Below are positions 1 to 11,966 of a stretch of DNA of 64,000 nt, piece by piece. The DNA is taken from the NCBI GenBank assembly GCA_030704615.1, contig CM060731.1:8618001-8682000 (forward strand), in the 5' to 3' direction. Origin of the DNA: Takakia lepidozioides. Its lineage: Eukaryota > Plantae > Bryophyta. A model generated the notes under the pieces. That model worked only from the letters and a program-made list of their open reading frames with translations, searched no databases and was not told the DNA's origin. Numbering within the stretch: position 1 is the stretch's first letter; every line of letters starts with the position of its first letter. The position numbers and the translations under genes were made by a program.

Positions 1-631
1 TCAACACCATCCTTCTTAGCCAAGGGGATTCTACCAAAGACAGTGGAACCAACTCCTTTGCAATGAATAAGACTAAATCCTCATTGAACTGCTTCTGTTG
101 ATCATCATTTTGGTTGTATGGAGTGGGGCTCCTAAAAAAAGAAGCTATGTTTCCAGGAGTGGGGCCGGGCCTCTTTTTGGCTGGCCTACGGGCCTTCTCA
201 GGTCCAAGATTTTCCCTCTCAATCCACCTACGCAAAACAATGTCATGTTCTTGATCCACATGCTTTCGAAGGGCAGAGATACCATTGGTTTTATTATAGG
301 TCACAATGCCCTTCTTGCTTTCAGGAGTGACACCAACAGGATGACATAGAACACACCTCATTTGTTGTGGATTTGTTATGTCCACTGGAGCAGAGTCTTT
401 TGTTGCATAGAATGCCCATGTCGAAGCAGTGCGATTGTGGGGTTTCCAAAAATCCCGTTGTTTGTCAAGGATTGGGAGCTGCGCCTCCACATCCAACACC
501 GTGTGTGATGGCGAAACTGTGGAAGATGACATTGCAGCCGAGGCTTGATGAGCTGATGTAAATGAGGCTTCATGATGAGCATCCTCCGCAACATGGCACT
601 CCACCAAAGCTCTCTCATTATCAACATTCAT
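1..631 (-). mobile_element. hAT-superfamily transposase, N-terminal part with BED zinc finger; ORF runs off the left edge of the window
   Basis: Manual translation from ATG at 631 is open to the window edge (210 codons). It reads STWAFY...MRCVLCHP...IVTYNKTNGISALRKHVDQEH (BED finger) and FNEDLVLFIAKELVPLSLVESPWLRRMVL (hAT motif). It is absent from the ORF track because no stop falls inside the window. Confidence 0.8.
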
Positions 632-2649
632 GTCAAGAACAATTCCTTCTTTCTAGTTCATCGAAAATATTGGGCTCCATGACATAAAAAGCTTGTGGAA
701 CAACTCCTGTGTAAAAGCAATGCAAACAAAGAATCCAAAAGGCATTTAATAATTGTGCACAACTCATATATTTACAACTAAAAATGTAAACAACTAAAAA
801 AATAAAGCTCAATGAAAGGGAGTTACAGGCGGGTAATGGTGGCTGGTTGGCAGGTCCCTCCCTACTTTGGGCTCCCTCCCTCTCATGCAGAATCTGCTAT
901 AAGAGAAGCCAAAGGGGCTATCTCATCAACCCCCAATTGTATCAAGAATTATAAAATTTTAAAGAAAGGGAAGATACTTACCAGTGATGATCAATGTGGG
1001 CTGGTTGGCGGGCCCCTCTTTGCTTGTGCTCCCTCCAATATAAAATCTACCATAGTGGAGCAAGGGCTATCAGCCCCTTGGTATATCATCAAAGAAAACA
1101 GGAAAAGAAAAAGAAAAAAAAGAATGATGATCAATGATTACCATGGACCAAGGGGCCTGGTTGCAGGTGGGCCCTCCTTGCTCGTCCTCCTAAACTTGTG
1201 CACCACATGCCATAGCAGAAAAGGAGGAAGCTGATTAGCTTCATGGTGAACTAAAGCTAAAAACAGTAAATAACCAAAAGTGGTGGATGCTTACCAACGT
1301 CACTAACTCTACTTGCTACAGCATTGACATCCACTCGATTGCTTAGATCATTCTCTTTTGAAAAGCCCTCTTCAGTAGCTGAACAGCACTTGGAGACGAC
1401 TGGATGACTAAATCACTGACAACCAAGACCAGGTTGACTTTCAAGTGAAGACAGCCAGAATGCAGTGCCACGTGGAGTAGCCAGAAACTATGAACGAGAG
1501 AGCCCCTGAAGGAGAGGATGGAAGAGACGGGGGGATGGCTGCTCACATACCTCCTCTCGCCAGTCAACATTGTTCAAGATTCCCTGACACACAGCGAAAA
1601 GAGGAACACCCTCGTACAAAACCTGCATAAGCACCTTATTCAGCTCCACCTGCAGCTGTCCTACCATCCCACAATACAACTTCTTGGAAATGAACAGTGC
1701 GGAGACCCCTCACAACAGGGTGAAAATCAATTCTGCCAATATAATAACCCACAGAATGGTGAACAAAGAAAAGGGGGTTACCTCACTCGCTGCAAAACCT
1801 GGGTAAATCTGGAAGGAGCTCACTGAGTGCCCGTGGTTCAAACACATTTCCCAAAAGTATGTGTGCACCTGCCACATATACAGGAACAGTCAGGCGCCGA
1901 GGTTCTGTATAAATCTCTGTTGCACGATGAACAACATTGATCATGGCAATAGACACTGAGGCAAGGAAGCAACCTACTGTCATTACGCCCCAACCAACTT
2001 GCTATCCATTATGTGCTGCAAAAGTACAGATTGGTCATACAAAGCTAGCCTGGCTGTCATCCAGATTGTACAACTAAGCACCGTACAAGAGAGGGGCAGA
2101 AGCTGACCTCTTTCTGGGTTAATTCTTCTCGGTTGGTCTGAATTCATCTAGATTATGTAGCTAGCACAGAAGCGAAGAAGTGGCAAATTTGTTGACCAAA
2201 ACCTGCAGAATCTATCTCACTGTACAACCGATTTGATCTTCGGGGAGCAGCAGCAGTTGTTGGTCTATTTCTTCGCTGCTCCAATATATTGTCCAGGTGA
2301 CTCGATGTGGGCCATTCTGCACTTGCGCTGTCTGAGTCAATACACTTGTCTTGCTGCTCGCTCTAGATAAGCAAATTACTCATAGGGCCCTCGTTCTGAA
2401 CAGCACATGGGTAAGCGCATTGATCTTTCGTGTTATGATGCAGGGGCATGCTCTCCGAGGTGGGATTAATCAGAACAGGAAGGTGAAGAGGGACAGGGAG
2501 GGGGTTCTGGAAGGCTAAGCTGCAGCATCAACTTGCACTGGCCTATTAACCAGGATTAGCCATGCCAGACACAGACCCTGCCTGCAGGGGGGCCTTTCCC
2601 TCAGAGAGGGCGTACCTCACGCTGGTGAAGCCACGAGAGAAACAAGAGA

Positions 2650-4010
2650 TTGTACTCATAAGACGTTGTTTGCCGTAGCCTTGTGGCCATTGACCCCGCG
2701 CCCAGTTTGAGCGGGAACAAAAGGAACAGAACCTACCTCCGTCAGGGGCTGACGTTGGTAGTAAGACTTACCATCGTATAAGGAATTAATCCGGGTTTTC
2801 CAGATATCCTCTACAAAACCCTTCACACAAGCATCAATCTGCTGTGTGTGATTTGCCCAAAAACTAGGCCTCAGGAGGGCCTGGGCTTTTGGCTCAGCCT
2901 CGAGACTTTCAAAGTTGGTAAACAGGGGTACAGGCACAATTCCCTTGATAAAATTGAAGAGAGCCTCTCTTTGGTGAGAGAACCCCGGACAGCGTATCAG
3001 AAAATGAATACTGTCTTCAGATTGCCCACAGAACGGACAATTGCACTCTCCCTTTCCTCTCTGCTTCTGTTTGCTGTTCAAAGGTAGGCTTCCTGCCCTG
3101 AGTTTAAATTTCAGTCTAGTGCCGAGAGTGGGTAGACCCTTGAGGTCATCCAAGATGTCCACCCCCATGTCACTGACTGGAAACAAGTTCAGGGAAGTTC
3201 TCTGCTAACTTCATTTTCATCAGACAATCTCATGGCAACAGACATGGCCTCAGACACTACAGCCTCTAAGGCAGATTTATCCAACAGGGTCAAGAATGGC
3301 GGATCCAGATCCAGGTCCTTGAGAATCTTTTCTACTCTCTTCTGCCAGGACTTAGCCTGTTTGACAGGGCGGTCTTGTTTCCAAGATATAGAGTCGATCA
3401 ACTTAGGATATCTGGTGTTGGGCATATGTTGCAGCTGACCCCACCATCTGACCTTGAATTCATCTCGTCGGGAGCTTAAGGATGGAATGCCAAACTCACC
3501 CCGAACAGCCACATTGGCTGTTTTGGAGCATGCTGACATACACTCCTTAAGCACCCCCACTTGAATGGATTCTAGAGACTTAGCCTGGTTGGAGTTATCA
3601 ACCCATACAGCAGATCCGTACTCCAAGGCAGGTCTAATAACGCGACAAAGCATGGTTTTCTTAACCTCAGAGGTGACCCCTCTGCAGTGGAAAAATTTAG
3701 TGAGCCCCAGAGCTTTGCCCTTGCCAGTTTGAACAACTTTCCGGATATGTGCATCCTAACTACAAACGGAGGAAAACTCAACGCCCAGGTAAGTGTAGGA
3801 AGGGAGGACCGGAATCTCTTGGCTACCCCACTGCCACAAGATCACTTCCTCCCTCTCCTCTGTCGTTGAATGCTACCACTGCACATTTGCTGACATCCAG
3901 GAAAAAAACATAAGTGGGTTTCCCTTCTTTTTTCCTTCCCTGAATAATCTGGCTTAGAGTGAAGATATGATCCACACAGCCCCTGTTTCGCCGAAAGCCG
4001 AGAGAAACAA
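2650..4010 (-). mobile_element. 5'-truncated, internally deleted LINE (RT remnant plus C-terminal zinc finger)
   Basis: Motifs GFRRNRGCVDHIFTL...TYVFFLDVSK, YTYLGVEF, IRPALEYGSAVW and KFKLRAGSLPL...CPFCGQSEDSIHFLIRC, with several frameshifts and stops. The YADD core is missing. Confidence 0.85.
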
Positions 4011-4826
4011 GCCGAGAGAAACAAGAGAAAAGAGAAGAGAGAGAAGGTAAGCTGCGAGAGAGGAGGGAGAAACTAAGGAGGCCAACCACCAGAGGGCCTG
4101 TAGGATACGGTAGAACTTGAACCAAAACCAGCACTGTTTTAGGGGGTGTGGGAGCCAAGGAGCTCACGAGAGAGAGGAAAGAGACTGGTGTGTGCATTTG
4201 TGTCTTAGGGTGCGGAAAACCTCATGTAAAGAATCCGTTTATCCTCATAAGAAATTGCCCTTGCATTCACTCCATACATATATGCATCGTGAAAATGGAG
4301 GAGAGAGACTGAATGAGAAGTTATATACGCTTCGAGACAGTCTGAGCAGAAGTATTACCCGGCGCTGTTCTGGCACTCTCCCCGCCATGCCTTCGTTCCG
4401 TTTTCCTTTGCTTCTTCCTGAATCCGGTCGAGTTGAATCACGACCCCACCAATGTATTGCACAACACAAGCGTCCGACACGGATTCTCTCCTAAGCTGCT
4501 TCTACCAGAATCCACATTACTGTAATCAGGCATACAGCGTGAAACATATCATACTCCCGCTCTCCCCTTCCCTGCCTTGTTTCTCCTGAAACAAAGTAGA
4601 AACGTTGTGACCCAAGCAAATCACACGCCCCTCCCACACTTCCATCTCTCCCCTGTCCGATCCTTCAACGCAGACGCATGCTACAAAGCCCGAATTCACA
4701 GTGAGATGGAGATGGCAAGTCAATGATGTGGCCTTCTGGGACTATTGCAGCACTACGGCGTGGCCGATTACCTTCCGCTTCGCCGCATCATGAACCGCGC
4801 ACGTAGAGACACTTAGGGCTACAGCC

Positions 4827-5041
4827 CAGGGGTGGAACCGGAACCGGAACCGGAACCCTAAGCCCCAAACCCGGTTCCCACACATGTGGTCGTAGCTGGA
4901 ACCGCCGGTTCCGGTTCCCACACAATCCTGGATTTCCGGTTCCGGTTCTGCGCAGGCGGGTCCGGTTCCGGTCCGGTTCCACATAACCGGAACCGGAACC
5001 GGCGGTTACCCGGGGCCCAGGCGGGTAACCGCCCAACACTG
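4827..5041. mobile_element. hAT-like MITE built of GGAACC/GGTTCC subterminal repeats
   Basis: Ends CAGGGGTGG ... CCAACACTG form an imperfect TIR (7/9). Many inverted (GGAACC)n/(GGTTCC)n motifs lie inside. The flanking 8-mers CTACAGCC and GTACAAAC match only 5/8. Confidence 0.6.
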
Positions 5042-5319
5042 GTACAAACCTTGCAGCTTACCCACATGTGTGGGGCTGGAAACAAGTAAGTGGCTGCCAC
5101 AGAAGTAGACCCCATATCGGGCCCAAGACACTAAGAGAGGTTCCATATTGAGGGTGGCTGTTACACAAGTAGCTTCCCTCAGCTTTGCATGGAGCGCCTC
5201 TGACTGCTCCTGTTTCATTCGTGTGTGACTCTCTACCTCTAGTGAAGTCTACTGCTGCAGCAACAGCTCATGCTTGTTCAGGTGCAGCCAGTTCATCCGT
5301 TGCAGCACACGCTCCTCAA

Positions 5320-5887
5320 TTGGGTCAGTTGTTGTAAGTGTGGCGGTGTTTTGGAAATCACATGTCCTCTAAGCAGCACCCTTACTTTGGTAGTAGCTGT
5401 TCAGTGTATATGATGCATGGGAAGCCCTCGTGTTGGGTAAGTAACATGTTCCCTTTGATTGTGTGGCTGAACAGTTGGCCCGACCACAAGCATAATCCAA
5501 AGCAGCTTGCAACATACTATCATTGGCCCCATGTATTGCAGCACACCGATTGAATTGATGCCTACATCTGGGATGCCAGTTCTAGTTAGGGCAAGTGCGT
5601 AAACTGCAGACAGGTCGGCATTGAAGATACCATGGTTCCACTGCAAGGTGGGGCTGACGCCCTTATCCTCATTGAAAATTTCATAGAGAAATGTATCGAT
5701 CACAATGCCATGTCTGGCAAGAGGCCCAGTCTTGTTAAGCATATGCTTGATGAGATTGGTGTTGTAGGTTTGGGCATTTGAAGCTGATACTCCAACCTCA
5801 TTAATATCCCCCTGTGTTGGCCACCTTGTCTCACTGATAACAACTATGACATCTGAGTGATTAAGTGCAGCTATGGCAGTGTAGACA
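5320..5887 (-). pseudogene. Glucan endo-1,3-beta-glucosidase (GH17) pseudogene, 3' half with X8 domain
   Basis: VYTAIAALNHSDVIVVISETRWPTQG...NAQTYNTNL...FLYEIFNED, then after a frameshift the X8 motif LQAALDYACGRANCS...CYLPNTRASHASYTLNSYYQ. Confidence 0.8.
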
Positions 5888-5984
5888 TGTCTAATGCGTA
5901 ATGCGATGCGTAATGCTTTTATGGCAGCATGTTTGTTCACTTTTATCTAGATTTCATTGATTGCGCAAAGAGATACTTTGATCT

Positions 5985-6090
5985 TTGGGGGCTAATGACA
6001 ACAAATATGCAGTGGTAGCATTCAATGATAGAGGAGAGGGAGGAAGTGATCTTAAGTGGCAGTGGGGTAGCCAAGAGATCCCGGTGCCCC
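5985..6090 (+). mobile_element. Small fragment of the same LINE family as 2650-4010 (late RT motifs)
   Basis: LGANDNKYAVVAFNDRGEGGSDLKWQWGSQEIPV is near-identical to the reverse complement of 3805-3890. Confidence 0.75.
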
Positions 6091-7199
6091 CTTTTTGCCA
6101 CTGCATTAGAATTTGGCAGAAAGCAAGTTGGCGGGAGCGCAGATTTTATCTCCACTTCGCTCCACTTACCTTTCATTCTGTTTGCTCTTGCTCGCTCTTC
6201 ATTGTTCTTGCTTCTTTGCAGTGTCTACATCGTCCCTGTTCACTTCGTCATTTGGCAAGTCGCCCTTGCATCACACGGTTAGCATGCGAACGCATTTGTT
6301 GTGGTCATCGTTGTGGGCCAATTTGCCCCATCATCACACGACTACCACTATCCCGCTTCAGAGATCACCACACACTCTCAATGGCACCGCAGCATGGAGC
6401 GCCTTCGGAGGGAGTAGGCAATTCAGTATGCTGCAGAGCAGGCAAAAGCACAGCGAATTAGCCGTCATGCGAAGAGGCTTGTTTATTGTGCTTCACTGGC
6501 TTGGAACCAGCGGCATTCACCAAAGGGAGGCCGTGCCTCAATTTTTCTGCCTATCTGCTTGCAGCAAAAGGCTGGACACCTGTGGGCATCGGTACCCCTA
6601 CCTATATGGCTACGCGGTGTGGTACCACATCACTAAGCTTCCCTGTCCAATTGGGTTCTCCCTGTAGATGAGTTGTAAGAGGATGTCAGTCATGAAGTTT
6701 GTTGTTGCTCTTGTGTGTGAATGCATCATGTAATCTCCTATCCCAGCACTTGCAACTAGATCAGGAATCGGCAGAAATTAGGATGCACTTGGTCGAAGGA
6801 GTAGCATTGGGTGAATCGTTGACATTAAGAGATGTATTTTGTTTCTCTAGCTACTGACTGTTTCCAACTTTGATGCGTACATGTTTCTTCCGCATGTACG
6901 TTGAAGACTGAATCTCTAAAACATTACATATGATGGAGACCACTAAGAGGATCAAATGCATAGGTGAATTTAATGAGAGTCATTGCGCACACAATGTGCC
7001 ATGATTCTGAGTAGGCCAGTGCATTTGCAGATTGCGGTATAGCGAACGCCGCTCGTTTTTGGGTGCCTTGAACTACCCGCTGGGTCTTTTTGTCTACACA
7101 TATTTTGCATCACTGTGAATGTGAATGACTGGTCGGTGTTTTGCACCAGGGTGCGTATCCACTGAATGCATCGTTTCGTCTGCTCTCAAGCCTTTGTCT

Positions 7200-7700
7200 T
7201 TCAATTGTGTTGCAAGTCAGGCCCATGGCTTTCGAGAACCTTGCCATTACACAACATCGTGATACGTTGAGGTATGCTACCATACGTGGTGGGGGCTATC
7301 GTCCTGGGGTTCGGAGATTCAACCCTGGTGACTATGTCTATCTGCAGCAGACTGCTCCTACAACCTTGGATGTGACTGCATGACGTGTTATTTTGAGGGT
7401 TCAAGAGGTCTTGCCCTCAGACGTCTTGATCTTGGAGGGTCGGGATGGCATAACTTGGAAGGACCATGTGCGTAATTGTGCGCCATGTCGCCTTCCAAAT
7501 GTCGATGGCAGGATTGACCCAAACCTGGCACTGGTACCTGCAAGTTTGAGGTGGCAATTGGTGTGGGTCTGCTAGAGGGGCAGCCACCATGCTGGTGTGT
7601 GATCGATGCTCTAGAGGTTGGCATATGGGATGCTTGACTCCACCTCTTGAGATGGTTCCTTGGTTATATCCGCATTGCATTGGATAGTGGGAGTAGATAC
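7200..7700 (+). mobile_element. Ty3/Gypsy LTR-retrotransposon pol C-terminal remnant (integrase tail) with PHD finger
   Basis: AFENLAITQHRDTLRYATIRGGGYRPGVRRFNPGDYVYL (integrase C-terminal region), then CGSARGAATMLVCDRCSRGWHMGCLTPPLEMVPWLYPHC (PHD-type C/H pattern, 7562-7678). Contains a stop and a frameshift. Confidence 0.7.
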
Positions 7701-8027
7701 AACCATGGAAGACTAACAAGAAATGCAAGGCCAAGCTACTAGGAGACCTTGAACACACGAGATCCTGGCTCAAGTTCACAGATTGCAAGACGGCGACTAA
7801 CGATGGGGCTACTCTTGTACCCGGCCTCTTGGTCTATAGAGTTTGAGTACAATAGGGACAGTGATAGAGGACTTAGTAAAATGTTTGACCACAAATCCTA
7901 ACGTGGCGGAGGTACAAGGTGGCATATACGACTTTTGCTAGTCACAAATGGCAACCAGGACTGCCCCATTGCATTTTGTAGACATATATGCTAGGACTGG
8001 GCAAATGTTGCAAACTTTAAAGCCGAA

Positions 8028-8040
8028 ATCTGTTGTAGTG
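8028..8040. mobile_element. CACTA-type terminal sequence at the breakpoint of the GH17 pseudogene
   Basis: ATCTGTTGTAGTG is the reverse complement of CACTACAACAGAT. An identical 13-mer occurs at 21979-21991. ACA is duplicated at 5885-5887 and 8041-8043. Confidence 0.55.
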
Positions 8041-8715
8041 ACATCATCCAAAATAGCAACAACCATGCTGGTGTGGAGGAACGCAGTGGTTGAATTCACA
8101 TCACCTCGGTTGGGCTCAAATAGTGCATACTGAATGGATATGACGTGTGAGTTATGCTCATAGGCTGTAGAGGGGTATGAATTGAGCATGAAGAGAGACC
8201 CTGTTTCTGACAAGATGTCCAGCATTGGTCGAATTACAGTCGTGGCAAATGTGCTATTGGAGGTGCTCCTGGAGGAAGGGTAGGGACTGCTAAGAGACAC
8301 CACTGCGTAGGGGGTGGACACTTTGGTTTGCCCAACCAAGCCATTGGCCACCAGCCCTGAGTGGATGCAGTTCCTGGTAGGGAGTAGCAGCAGTGCAAGT
8401 GATGAATTACCAGTGGGGACCTCGTTGCCAGCGGCAATAGCAGTGATGTTGCAAGTCGATGCAAAGGGTACAATGTTGTGCTTTACCCATGTTGAGGCGG
8501 ATGCATTGCTCTCGCCCAAGCTCAACACCTTGTCGTTAAGCATCCCCCCTGCTAGCCGGATGTTTGAACCTTGAGAGGCCTACAGAACTATGTCATTTGT
8601 GTCGTAGATGCGCACATACAAAATACCCTGCGTCTTCAGTAGCTGAGCCTTCTGCTGCGGTGCTGGCAGGTTGTTGCCGTTGGTTCCATAGTTTAGTCCT
8701 TGCGCTTGTGTATTT
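8041..8715 (-). pseudogene. Glucan endo-1,3-beta-glucosidase (GH17) pseudogene, 5' half
   Basis: GLNYGTNGNNLPAP...VRIYDTN, in-frame TAG at 8580-8582, then ITAIAAGNEV, KVSTP, PMLDILSETGSLFMLNSYP and YALF. The reading continues at 5887 after a 2.15-kb insertion. Confidence 0.85.
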
Positions 8716-10672
8716 TTGAAGCCATTGCGCTTGCGCCGCACCATCACGTTGCAGCCCTGAGCCACATACTCGGTCTGTCTCGCAGTGCGCCAGGTGTAGT
8801 CTAGCGTGTCGATCTCGGGGCTGTTGTGTGAAATCTTCATGAAAATGGGCTAGGGCAGGAGAACGGCTGCCTGCTCCCAGCTGTGGGCAACGTGAATCTT
8901 GACATAAGGCCAGCATGTTGGATCAAAGTCGTAGTGATGAGAGACCTCATTGCTTTTGGACAATGAGGGAATAACAAGAAACAACGATGCTTGGTTACTC
9001 CAACGCATACAAAGAGCGGAGCTGAGATGATATCTTTTGTCAGGTGGTGGGGCTGGAAAGCCGTGTGTAGGGATTGGGTTTGCCCATACGGAAGAGCTGC
9101 TTAGATCTGGGGGAGCAGCCATGTTGGTCGAGCAAAAGAACTCCAGCAGCAGCGCACAACCGAACCCTTGCACCGTTGGCAGCCAGTACTTGTGGTGTTG
9201 GAGAGCTCCAGCTTCGCACACGCGACAGCAGAGTAGCTCCATGTATCGATAGTGCAGCAGCATGCCGCTCCCGGAATCATTCTGCCCAACGTTGGCGTTG
9301 CTATGCAAAATCTCGAGTAGGGTCGCCTGGGCCCAATGCAGGTGGTAAGCTTACGAGAAGGAGCTTGAAAAGTGCACATAAGGGTAGAGGTAATAGTAGA
9401 CAACATCAGAGCCACTCGGCGGCTGGCTGTTTCTGCCATTGTTGCCTGAAAACTTGAAAGGGGGGACTTGAGGCCGCACTTGGCAAAGTTCCTACATGGG
9501 GTCTCTTTGAAGGTATGGAGATGGCAGAAGGATATGCACTGTGGTTGCAGTTGAAGCAAGTTGGCTGGTGGCCTCCCCGATAAGAGAAAGTACCTTGAAA
9601 ACACAAAGATATGGAACCAAACGAAAGCTATTGTAAGATAGCTTAAACTGAGCCTGGGAAGGATGCTAAGCTTTCTAGGCTAGTGTAGAAGAGCATGGCG
9701 GTGGGACAGTTGCGTAGCAATGGAGTGAGCATCAGTCCCCGCCATGGCGGCAGCCCAAGCTAAAACTTAAGCAGAGGATAAACCGGCGGCATCACTAACG
9801 GGATAAGGAAATATTAACGTAATTGCTTAGAACCCTAAATAATAGTCAAGGTTACATAAAATAGCTAAGGTAAGCGGCGGGAGCGCTTTGCCCAGTAGGA
9901 GATAAGGAAGGACCCTAATGTTCAGATCCAAAAAGGGGAAACATTAACTGATCTATGATATGGGGCTGGTTTGTGCAAACAAGGATGGGGAGAGCAAGGA
10001 CACATACATGCATGTTAGAGACTTCGAGAGAAAGTGCAAGATTGTGAGTGGGACATGGAATGACATGTCAATCAGATCAGGACTGTGGTGAGGATGATCA
10101 CACGAGTAATCTGATCGTGACCAGGGGAAATGGACAGGCTGCAAAGAATGACATGTCACCATGTGAGGTTATGAGAGAGGACAAGATCATGCAAGAAAGA
10201 GGGTACGAGAAATGAGGGCAGAACTGCAAGGCCAATTATGTGTGAGAGAGACTGATTGAGAGAGGGATTCCAGGCATAGCACAGAGAGGACAACAACATT
10301 ACTGATGACTACAAGGAAGGAAGGAGGTCAGAGAGCACCATGTAGTTTCTATCATGAGAGTAGGGGATGTCCTCTTGAAAGAAATGTTGCATCAGGAGTG
10401 TTGTGACCAAAGGATGTCAAATGCTAGGTCCAGTGACTACGAGTGACAGTGAAAACAGGTCAGGAAAAGGCAACTTGGAAACTGAGTGGGCAGAGTCATT
10501 CTCACCATCTCTTCACACAAAGACCCTCCCCCTTCTTCACAAATTTTACAGATTTTACTAAACACAAAGGCTGCCTGGACTCCATACCTTAACCACACAG
10601 TGCTTTAGCTGCTGCCTTTTGTTGACCATCTACCCATGTAGGTTTCTTATAGTTATTGATCCACAGGGAATC

Positions 10673-10990
10673 ACCCCTTCCCGCATCATTGCTCATAGGT
10701 CTCCAAAGCGTCCATCCCGCGCCCTTGCTGTGCATATCCTGCAATCATCGCACTCCACGACACCACATCTCCTTCAACCATACTGTCAAACACTCCCTTT
10801 GCATCCTCTATGCACCCACATTTGGCATACATGCAGTCCACCAGGGCAGTGTTCAGAATGACATCGGGTACAATCTCAGATTTGACGATGTCACCATGGA
10901 CCTCTTTGCCCTTTTCCAGAGCTCCCATGCATTGCAAACACAAACAAATGTGATGTGGTTGGGCTTCACCCCTTCGCGCAATATCGCTGA
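10673..10990 (-). pseudogene. PLS-class PPR gene fragment
   Basis: GALEKGKEVHGDIVKSEIVPDVILNTALVD.MYAKCGCIEDAKGVFDSMVEGDVVSWSAMIAGYAQQGRGMDAL. Frameshifted and truncated at both ends. Confidence 0.85.
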
Positions 10991-10994
10991 ACTC

Positions 10995-11802
10995 CCCTTT
11001 GTCATGGAGAAACGCACGTACCCCACAGGAAATCGTGGCAGAGAGAACCGCGCTTACGCTCATTGTGAAAAATCTCAACCAACTGCATCCACAAGCAGCT
11101 ATCGAGGACACCATGCACTCTATCTTTGGAAAAGACAACATCACGCAAATCTATTTTTGTTCGGTTGTTCCTGAAGAGAATCAAGCACACTGGCATGATC
11201 TTGATTACGTGCAAAAACCCCAGTGTCTACACACAGTGGGTCAACAAACCGCATGTGTTGGTCATCGACCGCTGCATCAACTTCAAGCCACATAACAACA
11301 GTGACTGTTGAACAGTCTGAACGGAGCTGTACCACCGACAAAGGAAATTCTCGACACGCTCCGGGTGGCGAACATCAACCAGGCGCTAGCCAACATGGTG
11401 AACTCAATTGCAATCAAACCAGACTCGGGATCTTCTCGTGGTCACGAAGCTATGATGTCTTAAATAGACAAAAAACTAGTTGCTCATGCCATATCAATAA
11501 GAAATGATATTCGTGGAGAACTTTCTGCAATGGAATCGCACGTGGCCACCACCTTGACAAAGCAACAGGAGGAACACCATGCTTATCTGTTGTCTCTGAA
11601 GGATCGATCACCCAAAATCTTGGAGCGAATCTGGTGAATTTCTTTCACCATGCTAACGTGGTGTTGGCCAAGTTACCCCGCCACCAGGCATCACTAAATC
11701 CTCAACTGCAGAGGGTGACGCCAACAACGCACTTGATGCATAGACTGGTCAATACCGCCCGTTAGCTCTGATCGAGCTCCAGCATGCCGACCACCCCACC
11801 CT

Positions 11803-11842
<40 letters not shown>

Positions 11843-11966
11843 CCCCCGACACGGTGACGGCCACATGGCCATGGCCCAGATCACGGCAGCACCTGATAAT
11901 CAGGGTCAGCAAGCCGGTAGCTTCCCTGTTCTCTCAACCGCGCTCGTCAATCCCGCCAATGTGTAA
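10995..11966 (+). mobile_element. Degenerate putative ORF1 (RRM-like domain, Pro-rich C-terminus) upstream of the large LINE ORF2
   Basis: LTLIVKNLNQ...IFGKDNITQIYF / HTGMILITCKNPSVYTQWVNK...INFKPH fits an RRM beta-alpha-beta pattern across frameshifts. It ends PPPP...NPANV* and lies on the same strand as the downstream ORF2. Confidence 0.45.

Noticed and set aside
1290-2400. Possible multi-exon gene on the - strand (for example VLYEGVPLFAVCQGILNNVDWREE followed by gtatgt)
   Set aside because: Some splice-like boundaries exist, but there are in-frame stops and no recognisable family, so I could not assemble a supported model.
11804-11849. Long C run read as a proline-rich or glycine-rich gene
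   Set aside because: It is a homopolymer inside degenerate retroelement sequence, and its length is unreliable.
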